A stretch of 62,533 bases of DNA, filler included, from Dugesia japonica (Eukaryota), in the NCBI GenBank assembly GCA_001938525.1. It is 5 parts of 5 records of this genome, joined end to end, with 100 filler letters (N's around TTAATTAATTAA, not from the genome) between each part and the next. Parts side by side here need not be neighbours in the genome. Positions count along the whole stretch, not along the records: positions 13,164 to 24,317 come from MQRL01543392.1; positions 24,418 to 34,951 come from MQRL01648082.1; 3 more parts are not named here. One strand, 5' to 3'. The position numbers and the translations under genes were made by a program. Positions 13,978-26,195 of the stretch are shown here, one piece after another. The notes beneath the pieces are model-generated. The model was not told the origin of the DNA. It was given only the letters and a program-made list of their open reading frames with translations, and ran no database searches. The first letter of the stretch is position 1. Each line of letters opens with the position of its first letter.

Positions 13978-15740
13978 ATGAGTATCTCAAATGAGATGCC
14001 CTTCGCAAGTGTAACGAGTTCGTCAAATATGAGCTTCGCAAATGAAATGAATTTTCAAAGACCTATGAGTGTTTCAACGTTAATTTTTAAATATTCTGTC
14101 GGTAACAAAACTTTTAAAATTAACGCGGGGTTGTCGTCACATATTCATTTTCAAACATGTAAAAGATCGAGAAACATGTTTTATGAATGTAATTTATGTT
14201 TCAAAAGATTAGCAAGTGAAAAGGTTTGCGATTATATAAAAACTCCACAAATTGTGGAAGGGTTGGAAGTAGTATGAGTAGAGTTGGTTTAACATGTAAT
14301 TATTGCAATTTTACATTTACAAGACAAAATTATGCAAAATCACAATTCAACAGTGATTTGCACAAAGAAAATGTATTAAAAGTAAAAGAAGAAGAAGCTA
14401 AAAATTTTTTTGATGAATTACCTGGTGAAGAGACAATTGATTTTGAAAAGAATGAAACAAGAAAATTATTTAAACATTTAAAGGATAAAGAATATTATAA
14501 AATCGAATATTTTAAAGTAAAATTGAATTAACCAGGAATGTTCAACGATTAAATTGTAAATTAATAACCTGGTTTAAAAACGAAATTACTAAAATTGTCG
14601 ATATATATTTTGAAAATTTGAAAAAGATCATGTTGAGATTGAGTGTAAATTGTAATTACACTAAAGAAGATGAAGAAAGAATATTTAATTCATATTTAAG
14701 TAATGAAATAATTTGTAAAAATTATTGTAAATGATTTATTAAATCAACTTCAAATGTATATGGGAGATGAAGATCAAAATGAATCTGGGTAGAAAATAGA
14801 TCATATTGTTGATTTTAAAATCGAACTTTCTAAATATCAATCATTGATTGGCTCATCATATAAAAAATTACCTTTTGTTAAACAAGGTATAATTAATATT
14901 AAAAATAAAGATGATAATTATTGTTTTATATATTTTATTTTTGTTCATAAACATGTATTACAAGATCCAACTAGAGCAAATGTTTATAAACAATTTATTT
15001 CTGAATTAAAAATAAATGGAATGAATTTTCCTGCAAGTATTGATAATGTAAAAATATTTTTAAAAATTAAATGATTTTAAAGTAAATGTATTTGAAGTGA
15101 CATAGAAGGCTAAAATCTATCCTGTTTATATTTCATATTATGAAAGTAATCCTAAATCAGAGGAGAATAAATGTAATTTATAATTTTACAAAGGTCATTA
15201 TATTTTATGTAGAAATTTTCGTGTCTTTGGAAATACTAATAAAAATAAAAAATGAATTATGTTTATGTTTTATGAATTCATATAGAAGTAAAACTTTATT
15301 TATTAATCATCAAAAAGAATGTGTTTTACAAGATTCATGAAATGTTTACTTTGAAACTAATAAATATTTTTCATTTACAAATAATCATTTCTCAAAAGAA
15401 TTACCTTTTTTAATTAATGGTGATTTTGAAATTTGGATAAGTACAATTACAAATAAACAAAAACCATTATCTCTTGGAATTTACATCAAAAGTAAATATC
15501 AACATTTAATTCAAAATTAATATAAAGTATTTTATGGAGAAAACATTCATCAACAATTCTATGAATTTTTAGAAGAAATTAATAACAAATTAATTGAATA
15601 TTATAGAGGAACAAACCGTCCACAATATATAAATCAAAAATGTAGATATTGTAATAAAAATATAACTGAAAATTTAGTTATTGATCATGATCACTTTAAT
15701 GTTGAATTTAGAGGTTGTGCTCATCAAATTTGTATCTGTA
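13978..15740 (+). pseudogene. Zn-finger region plus N-terminal part of protein-primed DNA polymerase B (exo I, endonuclease VII-like), truncated
   Basis: CNLC and CNYC..H fingers; GSSYKKLP..IINIKNKDDNYCF; GMNFP; PFLINGDFE; CRYC..VIDHDHF..EFRGCAHQIC; many stops; breaks at ~15740. Confidence 0.85.
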
Positions 15741-16283
15741 ATATTTTCTTCAACTTCTTTAGGTTTGTCATTCATATTTTTATGGAACCTACTGGGATTA
15801 TTTTTTAAGTCGTTCTTTGTTTGTGTTTGCTCATTTTTCATTTCATTCATTTTAATAATCAAATCACTCTAGGTTTTAATCTATTGATTATTATTTCCTA
15901 AAGGTTTCTGAATATAAATATTTTGATTGTTCTTCGTTAGCGTAAGTGGATTTACTTGTTTTTCTAATTTAGTAATTTCTCTCTTCATTTGTGTTAGCTC
16001 GTTTTTAATTTCACTTGATATCATTTTTAACTTCATTCTTAAATTCATTCTTCAAATTATTTAAAATTTTTAAATTAATAGCATCTAGTTCATTTTTAGG
16101 TTCATTAATAATTTTCAAGCAAGTAATCGAATCTCCACTTTCATTAACAAACCTTTTATCATTGTTTATAGATTCAAATTTTTATTTAGCAGAAACATGA
16201 TTTAATATTTCTGTATTATTTTGACTATTTAAAGTAGCTTCAAATTTATTAATTGTCTATAAAGGTAATATACAATTTATTTT

Positions 16284-16570
16284 TTATAAGTCATTTTGAG
16301 TTAAAGTTGTAAATAATTCATTAATAATTTCATCAAAGGTTTTATAATTTATCACCTTTGGTTCAAGCTTTGCAAAAGAGTATAAAAAATATAAACATAA
16401 TATTCCACAAATACTAGTTCCAAAAGGTTGAACTTGAATTTTATTATATACATTTACCTTTGATTTTATTTCTTTCAAAAGTTTTAATTCATATGAATCA
16501 AAATAAAAAACAACGATTAAAAGCAACTCAATAATTTCCATTTTGATTTGTGTTTTGATAATTATTTAAT
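16284..16570 (-). pseudogene. Adenain-like maturation cysteine protease remnant
   Basis: VFYFDSY...IQVQPFGTSICGILCLYFL matches the YFDS/Q/CG protease motifs; His region decayed. Confidence 0.8.
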
Positions 16571-16666
16571 TTTAGAAATAAATATCTTTTGCTTCTTTAT
16601 CATTACTTTTATTTCCTAAAATTAAGTTCATTATTTCCTCAGAATATGGTATTAGTTCATGGTTAT

Positions 16667-17005
16667 TTAAAAAATATTTTTTCCATCTTCTTCAAATAAA
16701 TATATTACTGTTTGTGATCCTATTTCAAATATAGGTTTATTTGTATTAGATAGATTATCAATATTTAAATTAATTTTAGGAAAGAATGGAATTCTATTTT
16801 CAAAAAGATTAATAGGTTTTGTATGGGACCCTTTGGGACTTAATTTTTTAATTGCTTTAATCGTAGGTTGTTGATGGAAAGTTAAAGTATCTTGTAAAGT
16901 TTTTGATTCAATTACATTACCACTAAATAAATTATTATAATCATCTCGAGATTTAATTAATTCTTTCAAAAGTTTTATTCTTGCCAACATTTTCTCATTA
17001 TCCAT
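16667..17005 (-). pseudogene. Uncharacterised Polinton ORF
   Basis: 112-aa ORF with an AAAATG start between the core-like gene and the protease. Confidence 0.45.
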
Positions 17006-17037
17006 TTTTATAAGGTTTTAAATACAAACCATCACCG

Positions 17038-17546
17038 CTAGTTTTTATTTGTACTTCTTTTTTTAAAGACTTTAGTAATCATCTTCAATTCTGGGTTTGA
17101 TAAACTATTTTTTAAATATTTATGTATTGTGCTTCCTTGATAAGGTTTTAAATATAATCCAGATTCAGAATTAGTTTTATTATCACGAAGTTCTACTTTT
17201 TTCTTGTTCAGCAAATTTATTTTCAAGTTCTCTTTTTTATAATTCAACTAATTCAGTTTCTTTTTGTTTTTTGATTACATCTCTAGACTTGCGCACAGTT
17301 GATGCCACTGCACTAGCTGTTCTACAACTGCAGCCGCAGCTTCAGTCGCAGTTTTTATTCTAGATATTATCCCAGAAATTAATTCTAATAAAGGAAATAA
17401 TTCACTTTCATGTTTTTTACTTAATTTTTTTTTTATTTCTTCTTTAACTTTATTACCAATCCAATAGTTTTTAACAATTATTTTTCAGATTTATTTTTAT
17501 TTGAATTTATCAAATCAATTAATTCTTGTTCTGATATTGAAGACAT
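17038..17546 (-). pseudogene. Polinton core/membrane-active-like protein (FPLL..AAAA..GLYLKPY type)
   Basis: FPLLELISGI..EAAAA hydrophobic segment, then SGLYLKPYQG; frameshifted. Confidence 0.6.
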
Positions 17547-17765
17547 TTTATTCAATTGTAATTTGAAAAATAATAAAAATATTCTTATTTATTTTTAGTA
17601 TCAAAAACTCAAATCTTCTTTCTTCTCTTTTCATCTCTTTCCTCCTCTTTCTATCTCTGTTCTCCTATTTTCACCTCTTTACCTCTTTTAAATCCTTTTT
17701 CTCCTCTTTGAATAAGTCTTCTATTAATATATCAGCTTCTCTATCTAAATAATAATAACTATACT

Positions 17766-18450
17766 TTATTTTTTCCAATATAAATTTACATTATAATCAT
17801 ATTCCATTTTACTAGAAAATGTTTTACTAAACAAATCATAATAAACATGTTCTTTATCAGTTTTATTTAATTTGATAAAGATGAAACAATTAGAATTATT
17901 TCTAATAGAGATTTTATCTAAATGGAAATAAGTTTGTGAAATATAAATAACATTACAATTAAAATGTCTTCCTCTAGTGAAATAACTCTTTTGAATTTCT
18001 TGATCTTTCACATTTACAACATCATCAAAAATTATTAAATTCTTTTTTTGTTAAGATAATTTATCACAAGGAATAATTTTATTTGGTTTATTACTTAAAA
18101 TTGTAGTAATTTATTTGTTAAATACTTTTTTTCTATAAACCATTCAATACCTTGCAAAGGAGTAATTAAAGAATTTAGAACTATATTTTGATGTTCAAAA
18201 ATAAAAATAATATCCTGTTTTGTTAATTCATTTTNNNNNNNNNNNNNNNNNNNNTGTAATTCAAATTGATTTATAGTTATAGAATAAATTATCAAAGTGT
18301 CATAATCCAAAAACTCTGGAGTTAATAACATTTTCATTTACAAAATATTTTTACCTGAGACAGAAGAACCAATTATTAATAATCTAAAATTAGAAGGAAA
18401 GATTTTATTATTAAATATGTTTAATTTTTAATCCAAATTAACGAAGTCAT
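17766..18450 (-). pseudogene. A32/FtsK-like packaging ATPase
   Basis: FRLLIIGSSVSGK (Walker A), LIIFDDV (Walker B), FTRGRHFNCNVIYISQTYF. Confidence 0.9.
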
Positions 18451-19129
18451 TTTTATTTAATAAACGTTAATGTTTATTTTGATAATCAGAAGTTATTTTT
18501 TATCAAAGAATTCTTTTATTTCCCTTTGATATATATAACCATTCATACGTTTATCATTTATTTTATTTACTATTAAATTTAATATACCTATACTATATAG
18601 ATCCATACTATTAAAAGTGAAACTTTTTAAATAGTTGATTAATATTGCAACTTCTTCATCTATTTCTTCAAATGTCATGGTTTCATATTTTCTATCATCA
18701 GGCTTATTTATAATTATCCACTTCCAAAATTATTTTGGTGGATTTCTGAAATTTACAGCTGCAAGTGATTTCTTCAAATATTTATTTTCTTCTGATTCTT
18801 TTTTAAATTCTTCTCATTTTTGTTTAAATTCTTGTTTTAATTCTTCTTTAAGAAGTTCTTTTAATTCTTCTTCTAATTCTTGTTTAATTTCTTCTTCTAG
18901 ATTACTTTTCGATTTCTCTTTTAGAATATCTTTAAAAATAAAATCAAAAGAATAAGACTCTTTGAGATCACTCATTTTAATTTATTAATTTAAAATTTAT
19001 AAAACAGTTTTCTAAAGTTCATTACTATAAAATCTACGGATGGTTATATAGATCAAAGTAAAATAAAAGAATTCTTTGATGAAAAAATAACTTCTGATTA
19101 TGAAAATAAAACATTAAAAAAAATATTTT

Positions 19130-19885
19130 CATTTTCTAAATTAGTAATTCGATAAGTAAAAGACTTTGTTTTATATACTTTTGTTACTACAAATATTGCA
19201 TTTGTTCATTTAGCTGTAAATCCTTTTTCAAATTTATATTTGTATTCAAATATTCTAACTCTATCTCCAATTTTAAATTTCTGTTTTTCTTTTATAAAAT
19301 CATTTTTATGATTATGATCTTCGATTATTTCTTTTATAGTTTCAGGATTTTCACTAGCTTCTTTTGGAGTTGTGTTTTTAAAATAGTGAATTGTATTATT
19401 ATATTCATCAACAATTTTATCTTACAAGTTTTTATCCCATTTTTGATTTCCAACTAATATAAAATATTTGCACCTTTTATCTTTTAGAGTTTTAATAAAT
19501 CTTTCAGCAAAAACTTATTTACCCTCATTTTCAGTGTGAAACAGATTAATATCATTTTCTTTAAAAAATTTATAAAAATATTTTTATCTAAATGCTGACT
19601 CTTTATCAAACCAAATATGATTTGGAATTCTATTATTTTCTTCAAATATATTTTCATAAGCTTCTCGCAAAGATTCTTGATTTTTATTTTTCATTGGAAC
19701 ACAAAAACCAAATCTAGTATATAAATCTATACAAACTAAAATATATATATATTTTTTTCTTAATCAGTTGATTTTATAACTATATCAATAATATCAAAAC
19801 CCTAAGTATTATCTTTTCTTTTATTATTACTTTTAAATATTTTTTAGGTTTTCTATAATTTTTATTTATTTCATTTGCAAGTAAG
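19130..19885 (-). pseudogene. Polinton retroviral-like integrase
   Basis: LANEINK N-terminus, YILVCIDLYTRF, PNHIWFDKESAF, FAERFIKTLK, VDEYNNTIH; frameshifts. Confidence 0.9.
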
Positions 19886-19959
19886 GAGCAAACGGAGTGA
19901 GCTCCTTCATTTTCTTTATTTTTATAATTATTTTCTTTTTTTTTAATAATAGGTATGGA

Positions 19960-20260
19960 ACTCACTTCGTTCATTCCGGCACCTAAAATAATTTTACCTT
20001 TCATTGCTAATTTTACTAAACCTCTTTGGATCTAATCTTAAATTTAATCTTGTTCTTGGGCCATTATAATTATGTTTAAACAAATGTCTTTCACCTGGAT
20101 ATTTTTCCTAAGTAAATGGTTTTAAAATTGCTAAAGTTAATTTAGAAGATTGTAAATCATCTTATATTTGAACATTAAATAAACCAATTCGTAAATGTCT
20201 AGCTTTATTTTTCCAAAGTTAAATTTTGTTACAATTTTCAAAAATGCATTTATTATCCAT
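19960..20260 (-). pseudogene. Parvovirus-type phospholipase A2 (PLA2X) remnant with catalytic core deleted
   Basis: PGERHLFKHNYNGPRTRLNLRL (Ca-loop Y-x-G-P-x-T type) joined directly to the LAMKGKIILGAG C-terminus; no HD motif. Confidence 0.7.
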
Positions 20261-20312
20261 TTTATATATTTTATAATTAGAGAATTTTAGGACTACTTGC
20301 ATAGTCCAAATA

Positions 20313-21633
20313 TTAATCTAATTTTTCACCTAATTTATTTTCAATCATAACAATTTTGTCATTTAATAATTTCATTTCAAAATGTTTTTCTNCTAAAATA
20401 CGCCAACATAAACGACCTTTAAAATCAGAATCTTTAGTTATATGTAAAGTTACATCTACATTATTAATATTTAATTTATCATCTTGAGAACTAACATCAA
20501 AACCATAGATTGGATACAAATCACCAAACTCTTGTAAAGATAATTGTGGTTCACAAAAGAAATCTTTACAACAATTTAAATAATTTAAATAAAGGAAAAT
20601 CATTTCATTATTATTAATATTAAATTTACATTTATTTATAGGATTATTTGTATTATTTAATTGAATTTGAATACTTTTTAAAGAGGGTTAAGTAGTTTCA
20701 GTTTTTTCTTCAGTTCCTACTTTTTGTTTAACGGTTTTTGATATTCTTTGAATAAATAAAATTATTATCTTTTTGATCTTAAATTTCTAAATCTTTTATT
20801 CCAATAAATATATATCTTGGTTTATAAGTTAAATTACTTAGTTTAAGTGAATAATAATTTTCTGAATCAAAAGTTGTTTTTGAAATCATTCTATTTAAAA
20901 TTGAAACTTGAATAGATTTATTTGTGTTAATTCTTTCTAAAAGATTTATTTCCATTTTTGGAAGTAATTTACATTCTGGTATATGTAGTTCTAAAGTTGT
21001 TAGTTTTAAAGTTGCAGTTGTTTGTTCACCCCCATAAAATACTAATTTATCATTTATGTGTCGATTACAAGTAAATTCAATCATTGTATTATATAATAAT
21101 CTATTATAATATTGCATAAATCTAAATAAATTTTCAAAGGAAAATAACCTTTAATTTTCTTTTTTTGTGTTATAAAGTTTTCTTCTTTAAAAACCAAGAT
21201 TTGCATCAAGACATTCTACATCAACATCACCATTATTTGTGTCTGGTAACCAACCTGATAATTCTCCATAGATATTTTTATAAGTTGAATTAATTGTTAT
21301 TTAATTTATTATTGTTGATGAAATTCCTGGGTCATTAGTTATTTCTACATGTGAAGATCCTAAAGTTAATGTCATTGTTTTAAATAAACTTGGAAACCAA
21401 TTATTTTCCAAAGTTATTTTATCTCCATCTGAAACAACAANNNNNNNNNNNNNNNNNNNNNNNNNNNNNNNNNNNNNNNNNNNNNNNNNNNNNNNNNNNN
21501 NNNNNNNNNNNNNNNNNNCAGAAGGCATTAAATTAGTTATTGTTCCAGCTGAAGGTGAAATTCTCAAAACATCATTTTTCAAAATTAAATGTTGAAAATT
21601 AATATTATAATCAAGATCAAGTTTTGTATACAT
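20313..21633 (-). pseudogene. Polinton major capsid protein (double jelly-roll), lineage 1
   Basis: ITLENNWFPSLF..EITNDPGISSTI, LELHIP, KPRYIFIG, YPIYGFDVS; frameshifts and a gap. Confidence 0.8.
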
Positions 21634-22042
21634 TTTCTTTAGAAATAAAATAAGAAAAATATATTTGCTTTTGCATTTGCATTTCTATTTTTTAAAAACA
21701 AAATAAAAAACTATTTTTTATAATATTGATAATTATTCATACATGTAAATTTTTTAATATTAAATTTATGAATTTCTTTAATTTCCTCTTTTGTAGAAAC
21801 AACCCTCAGAGGTTTAAATTTATTTATGAGACTTTGAATTTATTTTTACTAATCTTAATTTTTTTATTACAATAACCGCAATGCCATTCATAATTAATTT
21901 TGAATCTACATTCACCAAAATCTAAATGTTTATATAAAATAATTTTACCATCAAATTTTTCTTTACAATCATTACAAGTATATTCTTTCATTTTATTGTT
22001 TTTAAATTTTATTATATTTTAAAAAACCAATACACCAACCCA

Positions 22043-22189
22043 AGTAGCGTATAAATAACGGCTTCCCGTTTGTATTGCAATTTACTTTCATAATACAAAA
22101 TTTTATATTGTTATTTTATCTAAGTATTAAACAAGTAGGTGAAGAAAAAGGGCAGAACCTTGCAAGGAAGCCGTCATTTATACGCTACT
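22043..22189. mobile_element. 147-bp element with 24-bp terminal inverted repeats (AGTAGCGTATAAAT..)
   Basis: 22043-22066 vs 22166-22189, one mismatch; no TSD seen. Confidence 0.7.
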
Positions 22190-22199
22190 CTGATAATTA

Positions 22200-22700
22200 A
22201 AAATTGGTTGATTCTCTTAATTGGGCACGTAAAAGATCAGTACAAACAACATTAAGGGTGGAATTGATTTCAATTTGTTGAGATTTTAGAAGTATCATCT
22301 ACTATTAACTGTTGCCTTCTGGCACAACGATTGATTCAAATATAATCTGCTTGAAATTAACCGAACTGTACAAGGCTATTCATACAAAGTATCCAGATTT
22401 AGCAGATTGCAAGAGTGTTGTCTTTCAACACAACAATAGGTAGCTTCATATATCATTAGTCAACTGGGAAAAATGATGAGCCATAAGTATGATATTTTGC
22501 TCAACGGACTTGGCTCTCAGCAACTAACATTTATTTATGTTAATGCAGAATTCTTTTAATGAAAAACCTTTAAGGATGAGAAGTTGTCTAAAAGCATCTA
22601 GATATGTCTTATTGAAAATAAACTAAAATAGTTCTACTAACGTAGAATAATGAAAGTCGTAGAAAGATGGAAAGATGTGTTTTAACAAAACTTATTGAAA
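22200..22700 (+). mobile_element. Mariner transposase C-terminal remnant
   Basis: Decayed IIYY.LL..GTTI, VVFQHNN, STDLALSN.HLF (SPDLAPSDYHLF), RW.C. Confidence 0.75.
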
Positions 22701-23012
22701 TTGTTTTTTTTATCAATAAAACATTTTGGTTTTATGTCTTGAAATATCCGAAGGAACCTATTTTCCACGTAATAATTATAATAATAATTATTATATTAAT
22801 TATTATAATTCAAATTATAATTATAATAACAAATGCTCATAAATGGTTCGTTCGATTGATGAAAGATTGGGTTCAAAAAGATATTTTAATGTTATTTGAA
22901 TATTTTTTATTGATTTCTTTAATCCAGGATATTCCATAATTGTCTGCATGCTCAATACATTTAGTAAGAAAATATATTTTTAATTAATAAATAAATAAAT
23001 AAATAAATAGAC

Positions 23013-23351
23013 CTTTAATGATCAGATAAATGGTTTCTTGAGTTATCCCTTCGGAGTTTGATGCCAGGCATTTATATTCCCCCGCGTGTCCATGATTAAC
23101 ATTCGTTATATTATATTGCCAAATAACATTCCGTATTTTTGGAATTATAACATATTGATTGGTATCTTTGTCACGAATGGAAATATCATGGAAATGTGAT
23201 GGCGCCTTTTCTTGTACTGGTAACGGCTCATTGTTTTTAAACCATCGTACAGTCGGTAGTGGTTGTCCTTGAACTTTACAAAAAAGACTTACGTTTTCAC
23301 CAGGTTTGGTAATGAAATTTCTGGCTGATATGTCGACTATTACCGGTTGTT
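23013..23351 (-). CDS. Single exon encoding an I-set immunoglobulin domain (cell-surface/adhesion or receptor gene)
   Basis: GENVSLFCKVQGQPLPTVRWFKN..HAGEYKCLASNSEG; TTTTCAG acceptor and GT donor; 339-bp phase 1-1 exon. Confidence 0.88.
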
Positions 23352-23399
23352 CTGAAAAGAAATTTAGAATCAATAATAGTGATAATCATAATAACGATA

Positions 23400-23412
23400 A
23401 TAATAATTAATA

Positions 23413-23470
<58 letters not shown>

Positions 23471-23520
23471 NNNNNNNNNNNNNNNNNNNNNNNNNNNNNN
23501 NNNNNNNNNNNNNNNNNNNN

Positions 23521-23560
<40 letters not shown>
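23400..23560. repeat. (AAT)n microsatellite with gap
   Basis: Directly visible. Confidence 0.95.
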
Positions 23561-24244
23561 TATTAATTTCCCACATCATAAATATTTACGTATTTTTTTG
23601 TAACTTCGTTTTAACAGACTTGCATTTTCTATAGTGATACTTCAAACGGAGCGTTCTTGAAGAAACTAATGCTCTATTTGTTTCTATAAAATTATATATT
23701 GAATTCACCATGCTATTTATTGAACCTTGAGATGTGAAAGTCTATTTCACATTTAGAAAGTTTCAAATCAACATAAGCAGTAATTTTTCCTATTTTCACG
23801 CTTAATTTTTTCCCATAATTTTTAATATTTAATAAAATAAGAACAGTTCATAATAAAAATAAAAAGAAAAATTAATATTTGTTTGTTGTATTTCGTTCAA
23901 AACAAATACTAGCTTTCTTCTAAAGAAAAAATTTTGTTTTTCTCTAAAATGGTTAAAAAATTCTGCATTGTTATCCTAAAATATTTTTATTATCAGCACA
24001 AATGTCTTTAATAATTTATTTAAAATTATTCAAAATATTTGTAACTATTGTTAATTTTTCTAAAAGCTAAACTAAATACGATCATGGAAATTTATTTGAT
24101 TATAATCCATCTGTAAAAATTACTTTTGGGAATAAATTTTTTTTACTAATCAGCTCGAAAATCCAAATCTGTATTATATCATAACTTTAAAGCAAATTAT
24201 TTATTTATAAACTCATTTTATATACATTACGTTATACATTATGC

Positions 24245-24246
<2 letters not shown>

Positions 24247-24317
<71 letters not shown>

Positions 24318-24417
24318 NNNNNNNNNNNNNNNNNNNNNNNNNNNNNNNNNNNNNNNNNNNNTTAATTAATTAANNNNNNNNNNNNNNNNNNNNNNNNNNN
24401 NNNNNNNNNNNNNNNNN
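24247..24417. other. (AAT)n microsatellite followed by an artificial linker (24362-24373)
   Basis: Directly visible. Confidence 0.95.
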
Positions 24418-25202
24418 ATTTTATATAAAGATCGACCCACCTAGATTTAATCACATAAATCATCAATTTAAAAAAGGGTAAAACCCCAACAGTTGTACTA
24501 ATTCATATACCTTCGTAGACGTGCTCATAACAACTACCAAAGTTTTATCGTAATCAAATGAATGTATAAGAACGCATACCGGACAATTTAATACTATATA
24601 TACAAAGAGAGAGAGAGTGAGATGTAGTATATTGACACAAATATTTGATAATAAGTGAATGTAAAGCAGACAATAATATAATCTCATTTTTAGTTCTAAA
24701 ATTCTAACTTTAATATACTCTTGATAATTTAATAACCAGGATCAAAATTCTCAAGTAGAATTTCAATATATCCGAAGAAAGGAAACACTAATAATCGAAT
24801 TTCAATTTTCACCAAAACTATGGAAATCAGATGATATAAGAAATCAATAGTTTAAAGTACTAGAAAATAAAAAATTTAATGAAAATTATAGACGTTAGAT
24901 TCTATATTCTAAATAATCAATATTTAATCTTCAATAAAATATGCAAATTTAATTTAAAACAATAACTTAAAATAAATATTTTTAAATTTAATTTACAAAT
25001 AGAAACCGTAAAATCTAATTAATTTTTCATTTATTTTTTGTAAGTAATAAAAACAAACTTTTTAATTATTATAATTTATAGTAATTACTATTGAGTACTT
25101 TTATTTGGTACACTGTGCTTATCAACAAAACAAATTCCAACTAGAATTTTTTACTCACAAGGATATATTTTCACCTTTGTGTGTTCTCACTATTCATTAA
25201 AT

Positions 25203-26195
25203 CAGAGTTTCTTAAACTATGGGTCGCGACCTTAAATAAAGCCGCTTTGCAAAATCCTGGGGTCACAAAATTTTAATTCAAAATATTTGAATACACAAAT
25301 TTATAAAATCTAGATGTGTATTTGTGATAGAATCACACTCACACACATTCACGCAAACAAAGGTTTGAATGTGCGTGCACACTAACACGTGGATGTGAAT
25401 TTGGCATTTGTGATAGTTTGAAAACAGCGTGCTTTTTGTTACACGTTTCGTGAGTTTCGCTTTGTGTCACTTCATGTTGAGCGAGGCAACAATTCCGCCA
25501 CACTGACTGTAGTGTGAACTAGTGTAGTGTTGACGGTTTTCCAGTGTTGTCAGTTGTCTTTGTTCCACCGCTTCGAGAGTTTAGTTTCTTTTTATTTATT
25601 CGGTAATTAATTAGTCAGTTATTGTATGCAACATGTTATTTTTATTGGCCATGGATAAATGGCTAAACTAAAATAAGAAAGGTAGTGACGCAGATGATAA
25701 TGCTACAAAGTCTCCTCAAGCAGGACTTACTATTGACAAACATTCATCTAATGTGAGAAAAAGAAAATATGATGAGTCCTTTCTTCAATTTAGCTTCACA
25801 TTTAAAAAATTTAATGGTAATGATTGTTTGATCTTCAATGAGTAATTGACCGCAGAGAGTATTAAACCATTAAAATTAAAAAGACATCTTGAATCAAAGC
25901 AGGTTTTGTATGTCAATTAAACCAAAAAAATGTTTTGAAAAACTGTGTAAATCTTTTAAAAAAGAAAAAAAATCCTTTGAAAATTTTTTTATCGTTAATG
26001 AAAATTTTTTATTGGCGTTATAGAAAGTTTTATACTGTATTGCTAAAAATAAAAATCTGTTTACTATTGCAGAAGATCTTGTATTACCTGCTGCTATTAA
26101 AATGGTAAAAATATTCGAAAAATTCCTTTGTCAAACAACACTGTATCGAATAGAATTTCTGAAATTAACAAGAATCTATTAGTTCAACTCATAGA
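25203..26195 (+). mobile_element. hAT (Buster/Charlie-type) transposon 5' portion
   Basis: CAGAGTTTCTTAAACT TIR with GGGTCGCG subterminal motif; MDKWL..RKRKYDESFLQFSFT..KPLKLKRHLESK BED-type region; IAKNK..FTIAEDLVLPAA; IPLSNNTV. Confidence 0.88.

Larger units (their letters stand above)
13978..21995. mobile_element. Degenerate Polinton/Maverick (adintovirus-like) element, lineage 1
   Basis: pPolB N-terminal part (+); protease, ATPase, integrase, PLA2X and major capsid remnants (-); no TIRs found; left extent uncertain (may include 13164-13400). Confidence 0.92.

Noticed and set aside
16990-21995. Recurring (T)AAAATG starts as a viral late-promoter motif
   Set aside because: Indistinguishable from ordinary A-rich start context in this genome; golgin-84 also has TAAATG
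23370-23603. Poly-I/poly-N ORFs (also poly-L/Y at 28895-30211)
   Set aside because: (AAT)n microsatellite translations
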